Source: Dehalococcoidia bacterium
Lineage (GTDB): Bacteria > Chloroflexota > Dehalococcoidia > Tepidiformales > Tepidiformaceae
Direction of reading: 5' to 3'
DNA length: 64,000 nt
Assembly (NCBI GenBank): GCA_020853755.1
Contig: JADYYG010000038.1
Span: forward strand, 4,649 to 68,648
Shown here one piece after another: positions 17,788 through 27,942 of this stretch. Positions within the stretch are counted from its first letter, which is position 1. The number at the start of each line of letters is the position of its first letter. Position numbers and translations under genes: made by a program. The notes under the pieces were generated by a model. It had not been told where the DNA came from. It saw nothing but the letters and a program-made list of their open reading frames with translations, and did not search any database.

Positions 17788-18890
17788 TAGATCACGAGGT
17801 TGTCGCGGTGGATGGCTTCGTCCCCGAAGTCGTAGCCCAGGGTTTCAGCGATGCGGTCGCTGTGCAGGCCGCGAATGCGCGCCAGTTCGCCGCTCGCGTA
17901 GTTCGTCGTGCCGACCGCGACGCGGTTGCCGGCCGGGTCCCGGATTTCGACGGCGTCACCGCGTTCGAACGTCCCGGTGACAGACGCGATCCCGGCGGGA
18001 AGAAGGCTGCGGCCGTGGCCCCGCAGCGCCGAAGCAGCACCGGCATCGACGACGATGTGCCCCTCGCGTGAGATGTGGGCGAGGATCCAGCGTTTGCGGC
18101 TTTCGATGCGGTCGCCCGGCGCCGGGAACGAGGTGCCGCGCTGTTCGCCGTTCGCCGACGCGATGAGCGCGTCCGGTTCGCGGCCGTTCGCGATAACAAC
18201 GTCGACGCCGGCCTGGGTGGCGACCTGGGCCGCGCGCAGCTTGGTGGCCATGCCGCCGGTGCCGGTATGCGCGCCACCGCCGAGGGACTCGATCGTCGCG
18301 TCGATGCGCTCGACCCGTTCGAGCAGGCGGGCCTCCGGGTTCTGGCGCGGGTCGCTGTCGAACAACCCGGCGACGTCGGTGAGCATGACCAGCAGGTCGG
18401 CGTCGATGAGGTTGGCGACGTAGGCCGAGAGGCTGTCGTTTTCGCCGATGCGGGTGGCCAGCACCTGGTCGAGGGCGACGGCGTCGTTCTCGTTCACGAT
18501 GGGCACGGCCCCGGCTTCGATGAGGTCGCGCAGGGTGTTGCGGGCGTTCAGGTAGCCGAGGCGGTCGGCCAGGTCACGGCGGGTGAGAAGCACCTGGGCG
18601 ACCACGGTGTCGTGCCAGTCGAAGAGTTCGTCCCAGCTCTGCATGAGGTGGCTCTGGCCGACGGAGGCGATGGCCTGGCGGCTGGGGGAGCGGCCCGCCG
18701 GGATGCGCCCGCGCAGGCGATGGCGGCCCGCTGCCTGGGCGCCGCTCGAAACCACCACGACTTCGTGGCCGGCCGCCCGAAGGCGCACCACCTGGCCCAC
18801 GAGTTGGGCCATGGCTTCGAGGTCCAGCCGGTTGCTGCCGGCGGTCAGCAGGCTGGTGCCGAACTTGGCGACGATGCGGCGATAGCGCAT
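17784..18890 (-). CDS. proB: glutamate 5-kinase with PUA domain
   Basis: The ATG at 18890 begins MRYRRIVAKFGTSLLT. It has VVSSGA, ENDSLSA and GTGGMATKL motifs and a C-terminal PUA-like region. Confidence 0.9.
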   Translation of the reverse strand: MRYRRIVAKFGTSLLTAGSNRLDLEAMAQLVGQVVRLRAAGHEVVVVSSGAQAAGRHRLRGRIPAGRSPSRQAIASVGQSHLMQSWDELFDWHDTVVAQVLLTRRDLADRLGYLNARNTLRDLIEAGAVPIVNENDAVALDQVLATRIGENDSLSAYVANLIDADLLVMLTDVAGLFDSDPRQNPEARLLERVERIDATIESLGGGAHTGTGGMATKLRAAQVATQAGVDVVIANGREPDALIASANGEQRGTSFPAPGDRIESRKRWILAHISREGHIVVDAGAASALRGHGRSLLPAGIASVTGTFERGDAVEIRDPAGNRVAVGTTNYASGELARIRGLHSDRIAETLGYDFGDEAIHRDNLVIY

Positions 18891-18955
18891 GCCGCTAGTA
18901 GATAGGAGAACGCGGGAACGGGGAAGGATTCGAACGTGCGGCCTGCCGGTAGCCG

Positions 18956-19711
18956 TCAGCGGCCGGTGACCCGGCGGGTGGCATCGCGGAAGCGAGCGAC
19001 CTGCTCGTCGCTGCCGCGGAGGCGGCGGTTTGCCTCGTCCTCGAGCTGCCGCGCTTCGTCCGAAAGCGTGGCGGCATCGATGACCTGCTTCGCCGCGCGG
19101 ACAGCCCCGGGCGAATGGCTCGCGATGGTTTCGGCCATGGCCCATGCCGCCGGCAGCAGTTCGGCCTGCGGGTAAACCGCGGAAAGCAGCCCGTAGGAGA
19201 AGGCCTCGGCGGCGGTGAACCGGCGGGCCGTGAAAATCAGGTCCTTGGCACGTTCGGCGCCGACCAGCCGGGGCAACGTGGCTGCAGCCACCACGAGGCC
19301 GTACTCGGAGCCGGGGAGCCGGAAGGACGCCTGTTCGGCGGCGAGGCGGATGTCGCAGCCGATGGCGAGGCGCGCGCCGCCGCCGAAGCAGTAGCCGTTG
19401 ATGGCGGCTATAACCGGCATCGGCGCACTGTCGATCGCCGCATACAGGCGGGACGCGCCGGAAGCCGTCGAACCTTCGCCACCGGCGCCGCTCATTTCAA
19501 CCATGTCGGCCCCGGCGCAGAACGCCTTTTCGCCGCTGCCGGTGATGACCAGGCAGGCCACGCTGTCGTCGTTCGAGGCCCGCGTAATCGCGCCCGCGAG
19601 GGCGTCGCTCAGGGCCTGGTTGAGGGCGTGGTGGCGCTCGGGCCGGTTGAGGGTGAGGAGCACGGCGTTGCCGCGGCGCTCCTCGATGACGAGGTTGGAA
19701 TCGGCGGTCAC
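18956..19711 (-). CDS. enoyl-CoA hydratase/isomerase family
   Basis: 251 aa with a GTG start. It has LNRPERHHAL and GSGEKAFCAGAD crotonase motifs. Confidence 0.85.
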   Translation of the reverse strand: MTADSNLVIEERRGNAVLLTLNRPERHHALNQALSDALAGAITRASNDDSVACLVITGSGEKAFCAGADMVEMSGAGGEGSTASGASRLYAAIDSAPMPVIAAINGYCFGGGARLAIGCDIRLAAEQASFRLPGSEYGLVVAAATLPRLVGAERAKDLIFTARRFTAAEAFSYGLLSAVYPQAELLPAAWAMAETIASHSPGAVRAAKQVIDAATLSDEARQLEDEANRRLRGSDEQVARFRDATRRVTGR

Positions 19712-19748
19712 CCGGGCAGTTTACCGTGACCGCCGCCCTGCATGCCGG

Positions 19749-20135
19749 TTAGCGGTTCTTCAGGAGGTCGCGGATTTCGCGCAGGAGGGCGATGTCCTCC
19801 GGGTCGGCCGGGGCCGGTTCGGCGCCGCTCTTCTGGCGGGCGCGGATTGCTTCCACCGGCTTCACGATGAAGAAGAAGACCGCCCCCCCAACGAGGATCA
19901 GGTTCACGACAGCAGTCAGGAAGGTGCCGATGAGCAGCCGGCTGTCACCGACGTCGAGGCCGATGTCATCGAAGTTTGGCTTGCCCACGATGGCCGCGAT
20001 GAAGTTGAGGACGATGCCGTTCGTGAACGAATTGACAACAGGCAGGAACGCCCCGGCCATGATGAAGGCGACGGCAAGCGAGATGATGTCGCCCCTGAGC
20101 AGGAAGTCTCGGAACTCTTTGAGCAGTTGATTCAT
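19749..20135 (-). CDS. mscL: large-conductance mechanosensitive channel
   Basis: 128 aa. The N-terminus is MNQLLKEFRDFLLRGDIISLAVAFIMAGAF. It has two TM helices and the typical MscL length. Confidence 0.9.
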   Translation of the reverse strand: MNQLLKEFRDFLLRGDIISLAVAFIMAGAFLPVVNSFTNGIVLNFIAAIVGKPNFDDIGLDVGDSRLLIGTFLTAVVNLILVGGAVFFFIVKPVEAIRARQKSGAEPAPADPEDIALLREIRDLLKNR

Positions 20136-20215
20136 GTACGGCGTCTCCTTTCGCGGCGCGCGGATGCTAGGCGGGCGGATTCGGCGAAGTCAAGCAAAAA
20201 CTCGGGCAGGCTGAA

Positions 20216-21454
20216 TCAGGAGTACTGGGCCTGCTGCGAGGCTGCGCCGCCCGCGCCGGCTTCGGCGATGCATTCGGCAGCAGCGGCGGCGTAGGCGTCC
20301 GCCGAGCTTTCGTGGACCGGCGTCGCCATGACGTGGATACCCGCCGGGCTCGTGGTCTGGCCGCAGAGCCAGCCGCGGCGGGCCATCGCCCCGGCAACCG
20401 CGCCCATGTCGACTCCCGGAGCGGCCCACGAGAAGGCGTAGAGCGGCGGCGCGCCGTGGACCTGGACGCCCTCGATGGCGGTCAGCCCGGCGATGGTGCG
20501 CTCCTTCGCGCGCATGCTGGCCGCGGCGATCTCGCGGTAACCCTCGCGGCCGAGGAAGTTCAGTGCCGCCCACGAGGCCGCGATCGCCCCGCCCGGGCGC
20601 GTGCCCGTGAACGTCAGCGATGCGTACGTCCCGCTTGGCCAGTCATCGAAGACGTAGCGCGCGAAATCGCGGTGGGCGCGCGTGCGGAAGCTCACCGTCG
20701 ACGCCGGCTTGGCGGCGAAGCCGGACTTGTGCAGGTCCGCCGAGATGGACGTGACGCCGGGGACCGAGAAATCGAACGGGGGGACTTCGTAGCCGCACTC
20801 GCGCACGAACGGCGCGAGGATGCCGCCCACGCAGGCATCGACATGGAGCCAGAGGCCGTGCTTCGCCGCCATCGCCCCGAGCGCCGGGATAGGGTCGACC
20901 ATGCCAAGGGAGTAGCTCGGCGCGGAGGCATAGACGCCCACCGTGTTGGGGCCGATGGCCGCTTCGAGGGCTGCGGGGTCGGCCCGGAAGTCCGCGCCGA
21001 CGGGCACGCGCTTCACATCGAGGCCGAGCATGAAGGCCGCCTTGTTCAGTGCTGGGTGGGCGGAATGTGGCGCGATGACCTGGGGCCGGGAAACGCCGCG
21101 CTTCTCCTTCTTCGCCCACTCCCGCAGCGCGAACATGGCGAGGAAGATGCTCTCCGTGCCGCCGCTGGTGAAGATGCCGGCCGTCTCGTCGTCGCCGCTG
21201 AGGAGGCCGCGCACCATCGAGAGCACTTCGTTCTCCATCCGGGCGATGCTCGGGAAGGCACGCATGCCGAGGCCGTTTTCGACGAGGAACATGCCGAACG
21301 CCTCGCGCAGCACGTCTTCGAGTTCGTCACTGGCGTACCAGACGTAGGCGCCGTGGCGGCCGTGCTTCCAGTCGAGGTCGTTCGCGCGCATGGCCATCAT
21401 TTCGTCGCGGAGGACGGGCCAGCGATGTCCGTGAAGGGGCAGGTCCATTGGCAT
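20216..21454 (-). CDS. PLP-dependent group II decarboxylase / sphingosine-1-phosphate-lyase-like
   Basis: ATG at 21454 (MPMDLPLHGH..). It has TSGGTESI and the SADLHKSG (PLP-Lys) motif. Confidence 0.8.
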   Translation of the reverse strand: MPMDLPLHGHRWPVLRDEMMAMRANDLDWKHGRHGAYVWYASDELEDVLREAFGMFLVENGLGMRAFPSIARMENEVLSMVRGLLSGDDETAGIFTSGGTESIFLAMFALREWAKKEKRGVSRPQVIAPHSAHPALNKAAFMLGLDVKRVPVGADFRADPAALEAAIGPNTVGVYASAPSYSLGMVDPIPALGAMAAKHGLWLHVDACVGGILAPFVRECGYEVPPFDFSVPGVTSISADLHKSGFAAKPASTVSFRTRAHRDFARYVFDDWPSGTYASLTFTGTRPGGAIAASWAALNFLGREGYREIAAASMRAKERTIAGLTAIEGVQVHGAPPLYAFSWAAPGVDMGAVAGAMARRGWLCGQTTSPAGIHVMATPVHESSADAYAAAAAECIAEAGAGGAASQQAQYS

Positions 21455-21495
21455 GCCGGGGAGTCTACAGCGCGGGCGGGCGTCCGTGCCTGCAG

Positions 21496-21873
21496 TTATC
21501 CCTCGATGGGGGCGGCGAAGCGCACGCCGAAACCGTCCGGGTCGAGGACGATGAAGTCGCGCAGGCCGTAGTCGCGGTTGCCGATGGGCACGAAGACCGG
21601 CGCGCCGAGCGACCGCGCGAGGTCCCACCTCGCGTCCACTTCGGCGATGGTTTCGACGAGGATGCGAAGGTTCGCCGCGGGCCGCCGGGGCAGTTCACCG
21701 AGGCGGCTGGAGTGCTGGAGCATCAGCCCGCACTGGTCAAAGCGGAGGAAGGCGAACCCTTCCTCCTCGCGTTCGACTTCGAACCCCAGCGCGAGGTAGA
21801 ACGCGCGCGACCGGGCGAAATCGCGGACGAAGAGTTCGAGGACGAGTTGGTCGCCGGCAGGGAATGTGGACAT
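21496..21873 (-). CDS. VOC/glyoxalase-bleomycin-resistance family protein
   Basis: The ATG at 21873 (MSTFPAGDQLVLELFV..) gives 125 aa with the typical small VOC fold pattern. Confidence 0.75.
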   Translation of the reverse strand: MSTFPAGDQLVLELFVRDFARSRAFYLALGFEVEREEEGFAFLRFDQCGLMLQHSSRLGELPRRPAANLRILVETIAEVDARWDLARSLGAPVFVPIGNRDYGLRDFIVLDPDGFGVRFAAPIEG

Positions 21874-22061
21874 GGCGGCAGGAGTGTAGGGGATCCGCGT
21901 GCGCACAGTTTCGCGATCCGTGCTACGCTCGATAACGAGCCCCGCACGATTATGCCGTGCACCCGTGCCCTACTCGTTCTACTTGTGTTTGTTCGTCGTG
22001 AGCGCAACCCGAGACCAGGCCACACCCAGCGCTCACATCTTCCTGGAGTAGTCCTACCCGT

Positions 22062-23444
22062 TTGTCTCTGAATCTTTCGAACCGCACCAGCGTGCCGGCC
22101 GTTGCCGATGCGCCGGAAACCCCTGCCTTCGCCAACCTTGGCCTGGCGCCCGAAATCGTCTCGACCCTCGATGAGCTCGGTATTACCGCGCCCTTCCCCA
22201 TCCAGGCGATGACCATCGCCGACGCGCTCGCCGGGCGCGATGTCTGCGGCAAGGCGAAGACCGGCTCGGGCAAGACCCTTGCCTTTGGCCTGCCCGTCAT
22301 CCAGCTGACGACGACCGCCCGCAAGCGCCGGCCACACGCGCTCATCCTCGTCCCCACGCGGGAACTCGCGAACCAGGTCGCCGACGAGCTGACCCCGTTC
22401 GCGGCCGCTCGCGGCCTCTGGCTGACCGCTATCTACGGCGGCGCCTCGATCGTGAACCAGGTGCGCGCCCTCCACGCCGGCGTCGATATCGTGATCGCCA
22501 CGCCCGGCCGCCTTAATGACCTGATCGAACGGAAGGAGATGTCCGTCGCCAGCGTCTCGATGGTGGTCCTCGACGAAGCGGACCAGATGGCCGACATGGG
22601 CTTCCTGCCCCAGGTTCGCCAGATCCTCGACCGTATCGAGGGCGAACACCAGACGCTGCTCTTCTCCGCCACGCTCGACGGCTCCATCGGCGAACTGTCC
22701 GCGCGCTACCAGCATGACCCGGTCACCCACGAAGTCGCTTCGCCGACCACCTCGGTGGAGACGCTCGATCAGCGCTTCATCGGCGTGGACCGGATGGAGA
22801 AGCTGCCGGTGGCGGCTGAAGTGTGCAGTGCCGCCCGCCGCTCGATCGTCTTCGTGCGCACGAAGCACGGCGCCGACCGGCTGGCCCTCCAGCTTTCGCG
22901 CTATGGCGTGGCTGCGGCCCCCATCCACGGCGGCCTGAACCAGAACAAGCGCGAACGCACCCTCGCCCGCTTCGCCAGCGGCGATACCCCGGTGCTGGTG
23001 GCCACGAACGTCGCTGCTCGCGGCATCCACGTCGACGGCGTTGATACGGTGCTGCACTTCGACATCCCGGAGGACGCGAAGACCTACCTCCACCGCTCGG
23101 GCCGCACGGCACGCGCCGGCAGCGAGGGCCTTGTGGTCACGCTCGTCGCCCCGGACGAAGCGCGCGAGGTGCGGGCCTTCCAGAAGGACGCGGGCATCAA
23201 CCTCGCTATCGTGCCCATGAAGCCCGGTGACGAACGCCTGCGAGACCTCGCTTCGTTCGAACCCGGACCGATGCCGGAAGCGCCCGCCGCAAAGGAGCAC
23301 ACTCCTCGCGCAGCAGGCGACCAGCGGCGTCCCTTCGCGGGTGGCCGCGGCAACGGCCGCCGTCCGTTCCGCCCGCGCGAGGTAAGCCCGGCCGAAGGCG
23401 GTTCGCGCCGCCACAACCGGGCGCCGCGTCCGGCAGGGCGCTAA
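22062..23444 (+). CDS. DEAD-box ATP-dependent RNA helicase with basic C-terminal tail
   Basis: It has a Q motif (FPIQ), AKTGSGKT, DEAD, SAT and HRSGRTARAG. The TTG start is uncertain. A roughly 190-nt lower-GC leader precedes it. Confidence 0.9.
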   Translation: MSLNLSNRTSVPAVADAPETPAFANLGLAPEIVSTLDELGITAPFPIQAMTIADALAGRDVCGKAKTGSGKTLAFGLPVIQLTTTARKRRPHALILVPTRELANQVADELTPFAAARGLWLTAIYGGASIVNQVRALHAGVDIVIATPGRLNDLIERKEMSVASVSMVVLDEADQMADMGFLPQVRQILDRIEGEHQTLLFSATLDGSIGELSARYQHDPVTHEVASPTTSVETLDQRFIGVDRMEKLPVAAEVCSAARRSIVFVRTKHGADRLALQLSRYGVAAAPIHGGLNQNKRERTLARFASGDTPVLVATNVAARGIHVDGVDTVLHFDIPEDAKTYLHRSGRTARAGSEGLVVTLVAPDEAREVRAFQKDAGINLAIVPMKPGDERLRDLASFEPGPMPEAPAAKEHTPRAAGDQRRPFAGGRGNGRRPFRPREVSPAEGGSRRHNRAPRPAGR

Positions 23445-23515
23445 CCAGCAGCCCGACCCGTTGACAGCCCGGCGGCATGAGCCAGATGATCCTTACGCAA
23501 AGTAAGGAGTGACTC

Positions 23516-23989
23516 ATGCCGCCCGTCACGCTCTCCCGCCTCAACCACGCCGTCCTCTTCGTCCGCAATGTCGAGCGGTCGGTCGCGTTCTACCAGGCCG
23601 TCTTCGGCTTCGAAGTCATCGGCCGCGAGGGCGGCGGGCGGATGGCCTTCCTCCGCGCTGAAGGCGGCGCGAACCATCACGACCTCGGCCTCTTCGAAGT
23701 CGGCGAGAACGCTCCCTCCGCGCCGCGCGGCGCCACCGGGCTCTACCACCTCGCCTGGGAAGTGCCCGCCCTCGAGGACCTGGCGACTGCACGCGCCACG
23801 CTCGCTGAACTCGGCGCACTCGTCGGCCAGAGCGACCACGGCGCGACAAAGTCGCTCTACGCCGTCGACCCCGACGGCAACGAGTTCGAGGTGATGTGGA
23901 TGGTTCCACGGGCGGAATGGGGCGACTACGACCGCCGCGCGATCACCGCGCCGCTGAACCTCGAGCGGGAGATCGCCGCTCGCAGCTAA
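23516..23989 (+). CDS. VOC-family (catechol-dioxygenase-like) protein
   Basis: 157 aa with an AAGGAG SD. It begins LNHAVLFVRNVERSVAFY and also contains HHDLGLFEV and YHLAWEV. Confidence 0.8.
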   Translation: MPPVTLSRLNHAVLFVRNVERSVAFYQAVFGFEVIGREGGGRMAFLRAEGGANHHDLGLFEVGENAPSAPRGATGLYHLAWEVPALEDLATARATLAELGALVGQSDHGATKSLYAVDPDGNEFEVMWMVPRAEWGDYDRRAITAPLNLEREIAARS

Positions 23990-23997
23990 GCCCGCAC

Positions 23998-24723
23998 CTA
24001 ATCCGCGCGGTGCTGGTGGGCGGCCTGCGCAAAGGCGGCGAAGAGCGCCCGCGCCTGCCTTCGTTCCGGCGAATCATCGGCGGCGATGGCCATGTTCTCC
24101 GGGTGCCACTGCACCCCGAGGACGAAACGCGGCCCGCTCTCCTCCACCGCCTCGACCGTGCCGTCGGTGCACCGCCCGCTGAGGGTCAGTCCCGCGCCGA
24201 GCCGTGCCGGGTCCAGCGCCTGGTGGTGGCGCGAGTTCGTCTCCGCAGTCGCGCCGAGCAGCTTCGCCGTGCGCGTGCCGGGGATGACATCGACCGTGTG
24301 GAACGGCCGCCACTTCTCGGCTTGCTCGCGGCCGTCGCGGTGGGCATCGCCGAGGTCCTGGATGAGTCCGCCGCCGCGCTGCACATTCAACACCTGCGCG
24401 CCCCGGCAGATGGCGAGCACGGGCAGCCCCGCTGCGTCGGCCTCGGCGAGGGCGGCGAACTCCAGTGCGTCCCGCGTCTCGTCGACGTAGCGCATCTCGG
24501 TTCCCGCGGGCTCTTCGTTGTAGCGCGCCGGGTGGACGTCGGGTCCGCCCGAAAGGACGAGGCCAGCTGATTCGCGGACGAGCGCGCGCACCGTCTCCGG
24601 GTCATCGGCGGGCCGCACACAGACCACTTCGAGGTCGAGGCCGTCGAGCCCGAGCGCACCGAGGTAGCACTGGTCGGGCGGCCCCGGTTTCGACCCGAGG
24701 CTGAGGACGACGCGCCGGGTCAC
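23998..24723 (-). CDS. class I glutamine amidotransferase (peptidase C26, gamma-glutamyl hydrolase-like)
   Basis: 241 aa with LAICRGAQ (nucleophile Cys) and the QWHPE motif. Confidence 0.85.
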   Translation of the reverse strand: MTRRVVLSLGSKPGPPDQCYLGALGLDGLDLEVVCVRPADDPETVRALVRESAGLVLSGGPDVHPARYNEEPAGTEMRYVDETRDALEFAALAEADAAGLPVLAICRGAQVLNVQRGGGLIQDLGDAHRDGREQAEKWRPFHTVDVIPGTRTAKLLGATAETNSRHHQALDPARLGAGLTLSGRCTDGTVEAVEESGPRFVLGVQWHPENMAIAADDSPERRQARALFAAFAQAAHQHRAD

Positions 24724-24917
24724 CGGGGAAGGATCCTCGCAGGTTGGTTGGGGCGGGCGCGCATGCCTGCCATGGTAGCAACCTGGCGAGTTCCGGGGGC
24801 GGGAGCAGCCCGTAAGCGTTCACACCTGCGCATTCCGCGGGGCATGGTACCGTGAAGCTGGCCGGCGGATGCTGGCTGCTTGAGAAGGCAACCTCTCGGG
24901 CGGAGAGGATCGAAACG

Positions 24918-25973
24918 TTGGCAGTGTTTACCGCGCAGCGGGAGGGCAATGCCCGGCCCGCGCCGGCAGTGGACTATGTTGTCCTCAAGCGCCGGATCAA
25001 AGAAGCAGGATTGATGGAGCCACGCCCGGCGTACTACTGGCTCAAGACGGCGATCGCCATCGGAACGCTGGGGCTCGCCATCACCCTCGCCCTGGTGGTG
25101 GAAAACCCGTGGTTGCTGATGCTGGATGCGGTGTTCATGGGCTTCGCCTCCACGCAGATCGCCCTGCTTGCGCACGATGTCGGCCATCGGCAGGGGTATC
25201 GCGGGCGCCGCACGAACCGGATCGCACGCTCGATGTTCGGCAATCTCCTCCTCTGCGTCAGCCACTCCTGGTGGAACGATAAGCACAATCAGCACCACGC
25301 GAGCCCGAACCATATCGATAAGGACCCGGACATCCAGTTCCCGATGATTGTGTTCGCCGCGGAGCAGATTGAATCACGCAGCCGCTTGCTTCGCCCGCTG
25401 ATTGCCATCCAGGCCTTCCTGCTCCTCTTCTTGCTGCCGTTCCAGGCATTGAACATGCGCATCATCAGTGTGCAGCACCTGTTCAGCCCGAAAGCGGAGC
25501 GGCCGTGGCTCCAGGCGGCCCTGCTCCTGGCGCACCTCGCAGGCTATGCAATGCTGCTTTTCTTCATCGGTCTCCCCTGGGCGATCCCGTTCGCGGTGGT
25601 CCACCAGTTGACGTTTGGGCTGTACAACAGCTCAGTCTTCGCTTCGAACCACAAGGGAATGCCGCTCACCGCCGATGGCCGACGGATGGACTTCTTCCGT
25701 GAGCAGGTGTTGACTTCGCGGAACGTTACCGGCCGGCGGCTGACGGACTTCTGGTACGGCGGGCTGAACTACCAGATCGAGCATCACCTCTTCCCCACGA
25801 TGCCGCGCTGCAACCTGAGCAAGGCGCAGCCGATTGTCGAGGCGTTCTGCGCGGAGCAGGGTGTCAGCTACCACTCGACCGGGCTCTTCGCGTCGTACCG
25901 CGAGATCCTGGCGCACCTGCACCGCGAGAGCGCATCACTCCGCGGGGGGCGCGAGGCAGCGCGCGCAATCTGA
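24918..25973 (+). CDS. membrane fatty-acid desaturase
   Basis: Three His boxes: HDVGH, HNQHH and QIEHH. I prefer the TTG at 24918 (GAGAGGA SD 8 nt upstream); the track start GTG 24852 is possible. Confidence 0.85.
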   Translation: MAVFTAQREGNARPAPAVDYVVLKRRIKEAGLMEPRPAYYWLKTAIAIGTLGLAITLALVVENPWLLMLDAVFMGFASTQIALLAHDVGHRQGYRGRRTNRIARSMFGNLLLCVSHSWWNDKHNQHHASPNHIDKDPDIQFPMIVFAAEQIESRSRLLRPLIAIQAFLLLFLLPFQALNMRIISVQHLFSPKAERPWLQAALLLAHLAGYAMLLFFIGLPWAIPFAVVHQLTFGLYNSSVFASNHKGMPLTADGRRMDFFREQVLTSRNVTGRRLTDFWYGGLNYQIEHHLFPTMPRCNLSKAQPIVEAFCAEQGVSYHSTGLFASYREILAHLHRESASLRGGREAARAI

Positions 25974-26046
25974 GGCGGATCGCGCGACGGCGCGGGCCAC
26001 CGCCGTTACCATGATCGTGCACGCTTTTGTGGCCCAGGAGTCCTCC

Positions 26047-26580
26047 ATGCAACTGTCCGCAGAACTGACGAAAGCCTATAACGACCAGATCCAGCTCGAG
26101 TTCGAGTCCTCCTTCGCCTACCTCCAGATGGGCGCCGACTTCGAACTGCGCAGCCTGCCCGGCATGGGCCGCTGGATGCGGCTCCAGTCCGCTGAAGAGC
26201 ACCTCCACGCCATGAAGTTCATCCAGTTCGTGCTCGACCGCGGGGGCAAGCTCGAACTGCAGACGCTGGCCGCGCCCCACGCCACGCCGGACACAGTGGT
26301 CCACACCTTCGAGGCCGCCCTTGCCCACGAGCAGCGCGTCACCCGCGCGATCCACGGCCTCTACAAGAAGGCGCTCGACGCCCAGGACTTCGCGAGCCTG
26401 CCGCTCCTCCAATGGTTTGTGAACGAACAGGTCGAAGAGGAAGCGACCGTTTCGACCATCCTCGAGCGGCTCCGCATGGTCGGTGACGACCAGACCGGCC
26501 TGCTCTTCCTCGACCGGGAACTGGGGTCCCGCGCGCCCGGCGCCGATTCCGGCGCGCCCGAGGCCGACGGAGCCGCCTAA
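26047..26580 (+). CDS. ferritin-like protein (non-haem ferritin)
   Basis: ATG at 26047 after GGAG. It begins MQLSAELTKAYNDQIQLEFESSFAYLQM and contains EEHLHAMKF, the ferroxidase-centre ligand pattern. Confidence 0.85.
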   Translation: MQLSAELTKAYNDQIQLEFESSFAYLQMGADFELRSLPGMGRWMRLQSAEEHLHAMKFIQFVLDRGGKLELQTLAAPHATPDTVVHTFEAALAHEQRVTRAIHGLYKKALDAQDFASLPLLQWFVNEQVEEEATVSTILERLRMVGDDQTGLLFLDRELGSRAPGADSGAPEADGAA

Positions 26581-26611
26581 CAGGCTCGCGCCGCTGGTGT
26601 AGGCTGCGCGC

Positions 26612-27808
26612 GTGACCGTCGACCTCGCCTGCAGGGAAGCCATCACCCGCCCGGCGGAGTACTTCGGCCGCGCGCTGGACGATGGCCCGGTGCAGTGGAG
26701 TGATGCCCAGCACGCCTGGCTCGCCCTCTCCCACGCCGAAGTCGAGGCTGGCTTCCGCGACGGCGAACTCCTTTCGGCCGAACGCAGCGGCGTGTTCGCC
26801 CGCGCCGCCCGCGGCCGCAGTGAAGCGTTCACCCGCGCGGTCGACATGCTCAGCGCATGGATGAACTTCCGCGATCCGCCGGCCCATACCCGCCTGCGCG
26901 GCCCGGTCAAAGGCGCGTTCACGCCGCGCGCAGTGGCGGCGTTCGAGGCCCGGGTCCAGGCCATCGTCGATGCTGCCATCGACCGCTTCGCCGACGGCGG
27001 CGTGGTCGACCTGAACGAAAGCTTCGCTCATCCCGTCCCGGCGCTCGTCATCGCCGCGATCCTCGGCGCGGACGAGGGGGACCGTGAACGCTTCCAGGGC
27101 TGGTCCGACGACATCGGCCGCCTCGTCTTCGCGATGGAGCCGGGCAAGGTGGACGAGGCGCCGGTGAACCGCGCGACTGCCGAATTCGTGAGCTTCTTCG
27201 GCCGCCTGATCGAACGGGAACGAGCAGAGCCTTCGGGCAGCGTCCTCTCCGCAATCGTCCATTCGGACATCGGCGAACTGAGCGAGATGGAACTCGTTGG
27301 AGCCTGCACGCTCATCCTCTTCGGCGGGCACGAAACGACAACGACGCTTTTGACCAACGCCTTCAGCATCCTCCTCGAACGGCCGGACCTCGTGGACTGG
27401 TTGCGGCGCCACCCGGAGGGGACGGCGACCGCCGTCGAGGAGTTCATGCGGGTGGCCGGCCCGGCCCGGAGCATGCCGCGCAAGGTGGCGAAGACCCACG
27501 AGCGCGGCGGCCAGCTGCTGCGCGAGGGCCAGAACATCTTCCTCGCCATCGTCTCGGCGAACCACGACCCGGCGGTCTTCACCGACCCCGGCGAAATTGA
27601 CCTTACGCGGGACCCGAACCCGCACCTCGGATTCGGCTGGGGTCTCCACTTCTGCCTTGGCGCGAACCTGGCCCGGCTCGAAGCCACGACGGCGCTGCGC
27701 ACGCTCCTCGCGCGCTTCCCCCGCTTCGAGCCGGCGGGCCCGGTGGCGGAGGTGCGGGCGAGCGCGATGGGGTTCGGGCGCCGCCCGGTCCTCGCTCGGC
27801 TTCGCTGA
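26612..27808 (+). CDS. cytochrome P450
   Basis: 398 aa with the I-helix GGHETT, ExxR and haem-binding FGWGLHFCLG. Confidence 0.9.
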   Translation: MTVDLACREAITRPAEYFGRALDDGPVQWSDAQHAWLALSHAEVEAGFRDGELLSAERSGVFARAARGRSEAFTRAVDMLSAWMNFRDPPAHTRLRGPVKGAFTPRAVAAFEARVQAIVDAAIDRFADGGVVDLNESFAHPVPALVIAAILGADEGDRERFQGWSDDIGRLVFAMEPGKVDEAPVNRATAEFVSFFGRLIERERAEPSGSVLSAIVHSDIGELSEMELVGACTLILFGGHETTTTLLTNAFSILLERPDLVDWLRRHPEGTATAVEEFMRVAGPARSMPRKVAKTHERGGQLLREGQNIFLAIVSANHDPAVFTDPGEIDLTRDPNPHLGFGWGLHFCLGANLARLEATTALRTLLARFPRFEPAGPVAEVRASAMGFGRRPVLARLR

Positions 27809-27942
27809 CTGTGAAACTTCCGCAGAGCGAGTGACAGGTGAGTGACTGTTAGGGGTTTTCCCTGACAATTCGCGCAGATAATCAGAGAAATCGCACCATT
27901 GCGCCGCCACCGCCCCTCCGGCCGCGAGTGAGGAACCACCGT

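Noticed and set aside
24918-27808. Desaturase, ferritin and P450 as a biosynthetic gene cluster
   Set aside because: There are no core biosynthetic enzymes (PKS, NRPS, terpene cyclase, RiPP precursor), transporter or regulator. The adjacency of iron-dependent enzymes with ferritin may be coincidental.
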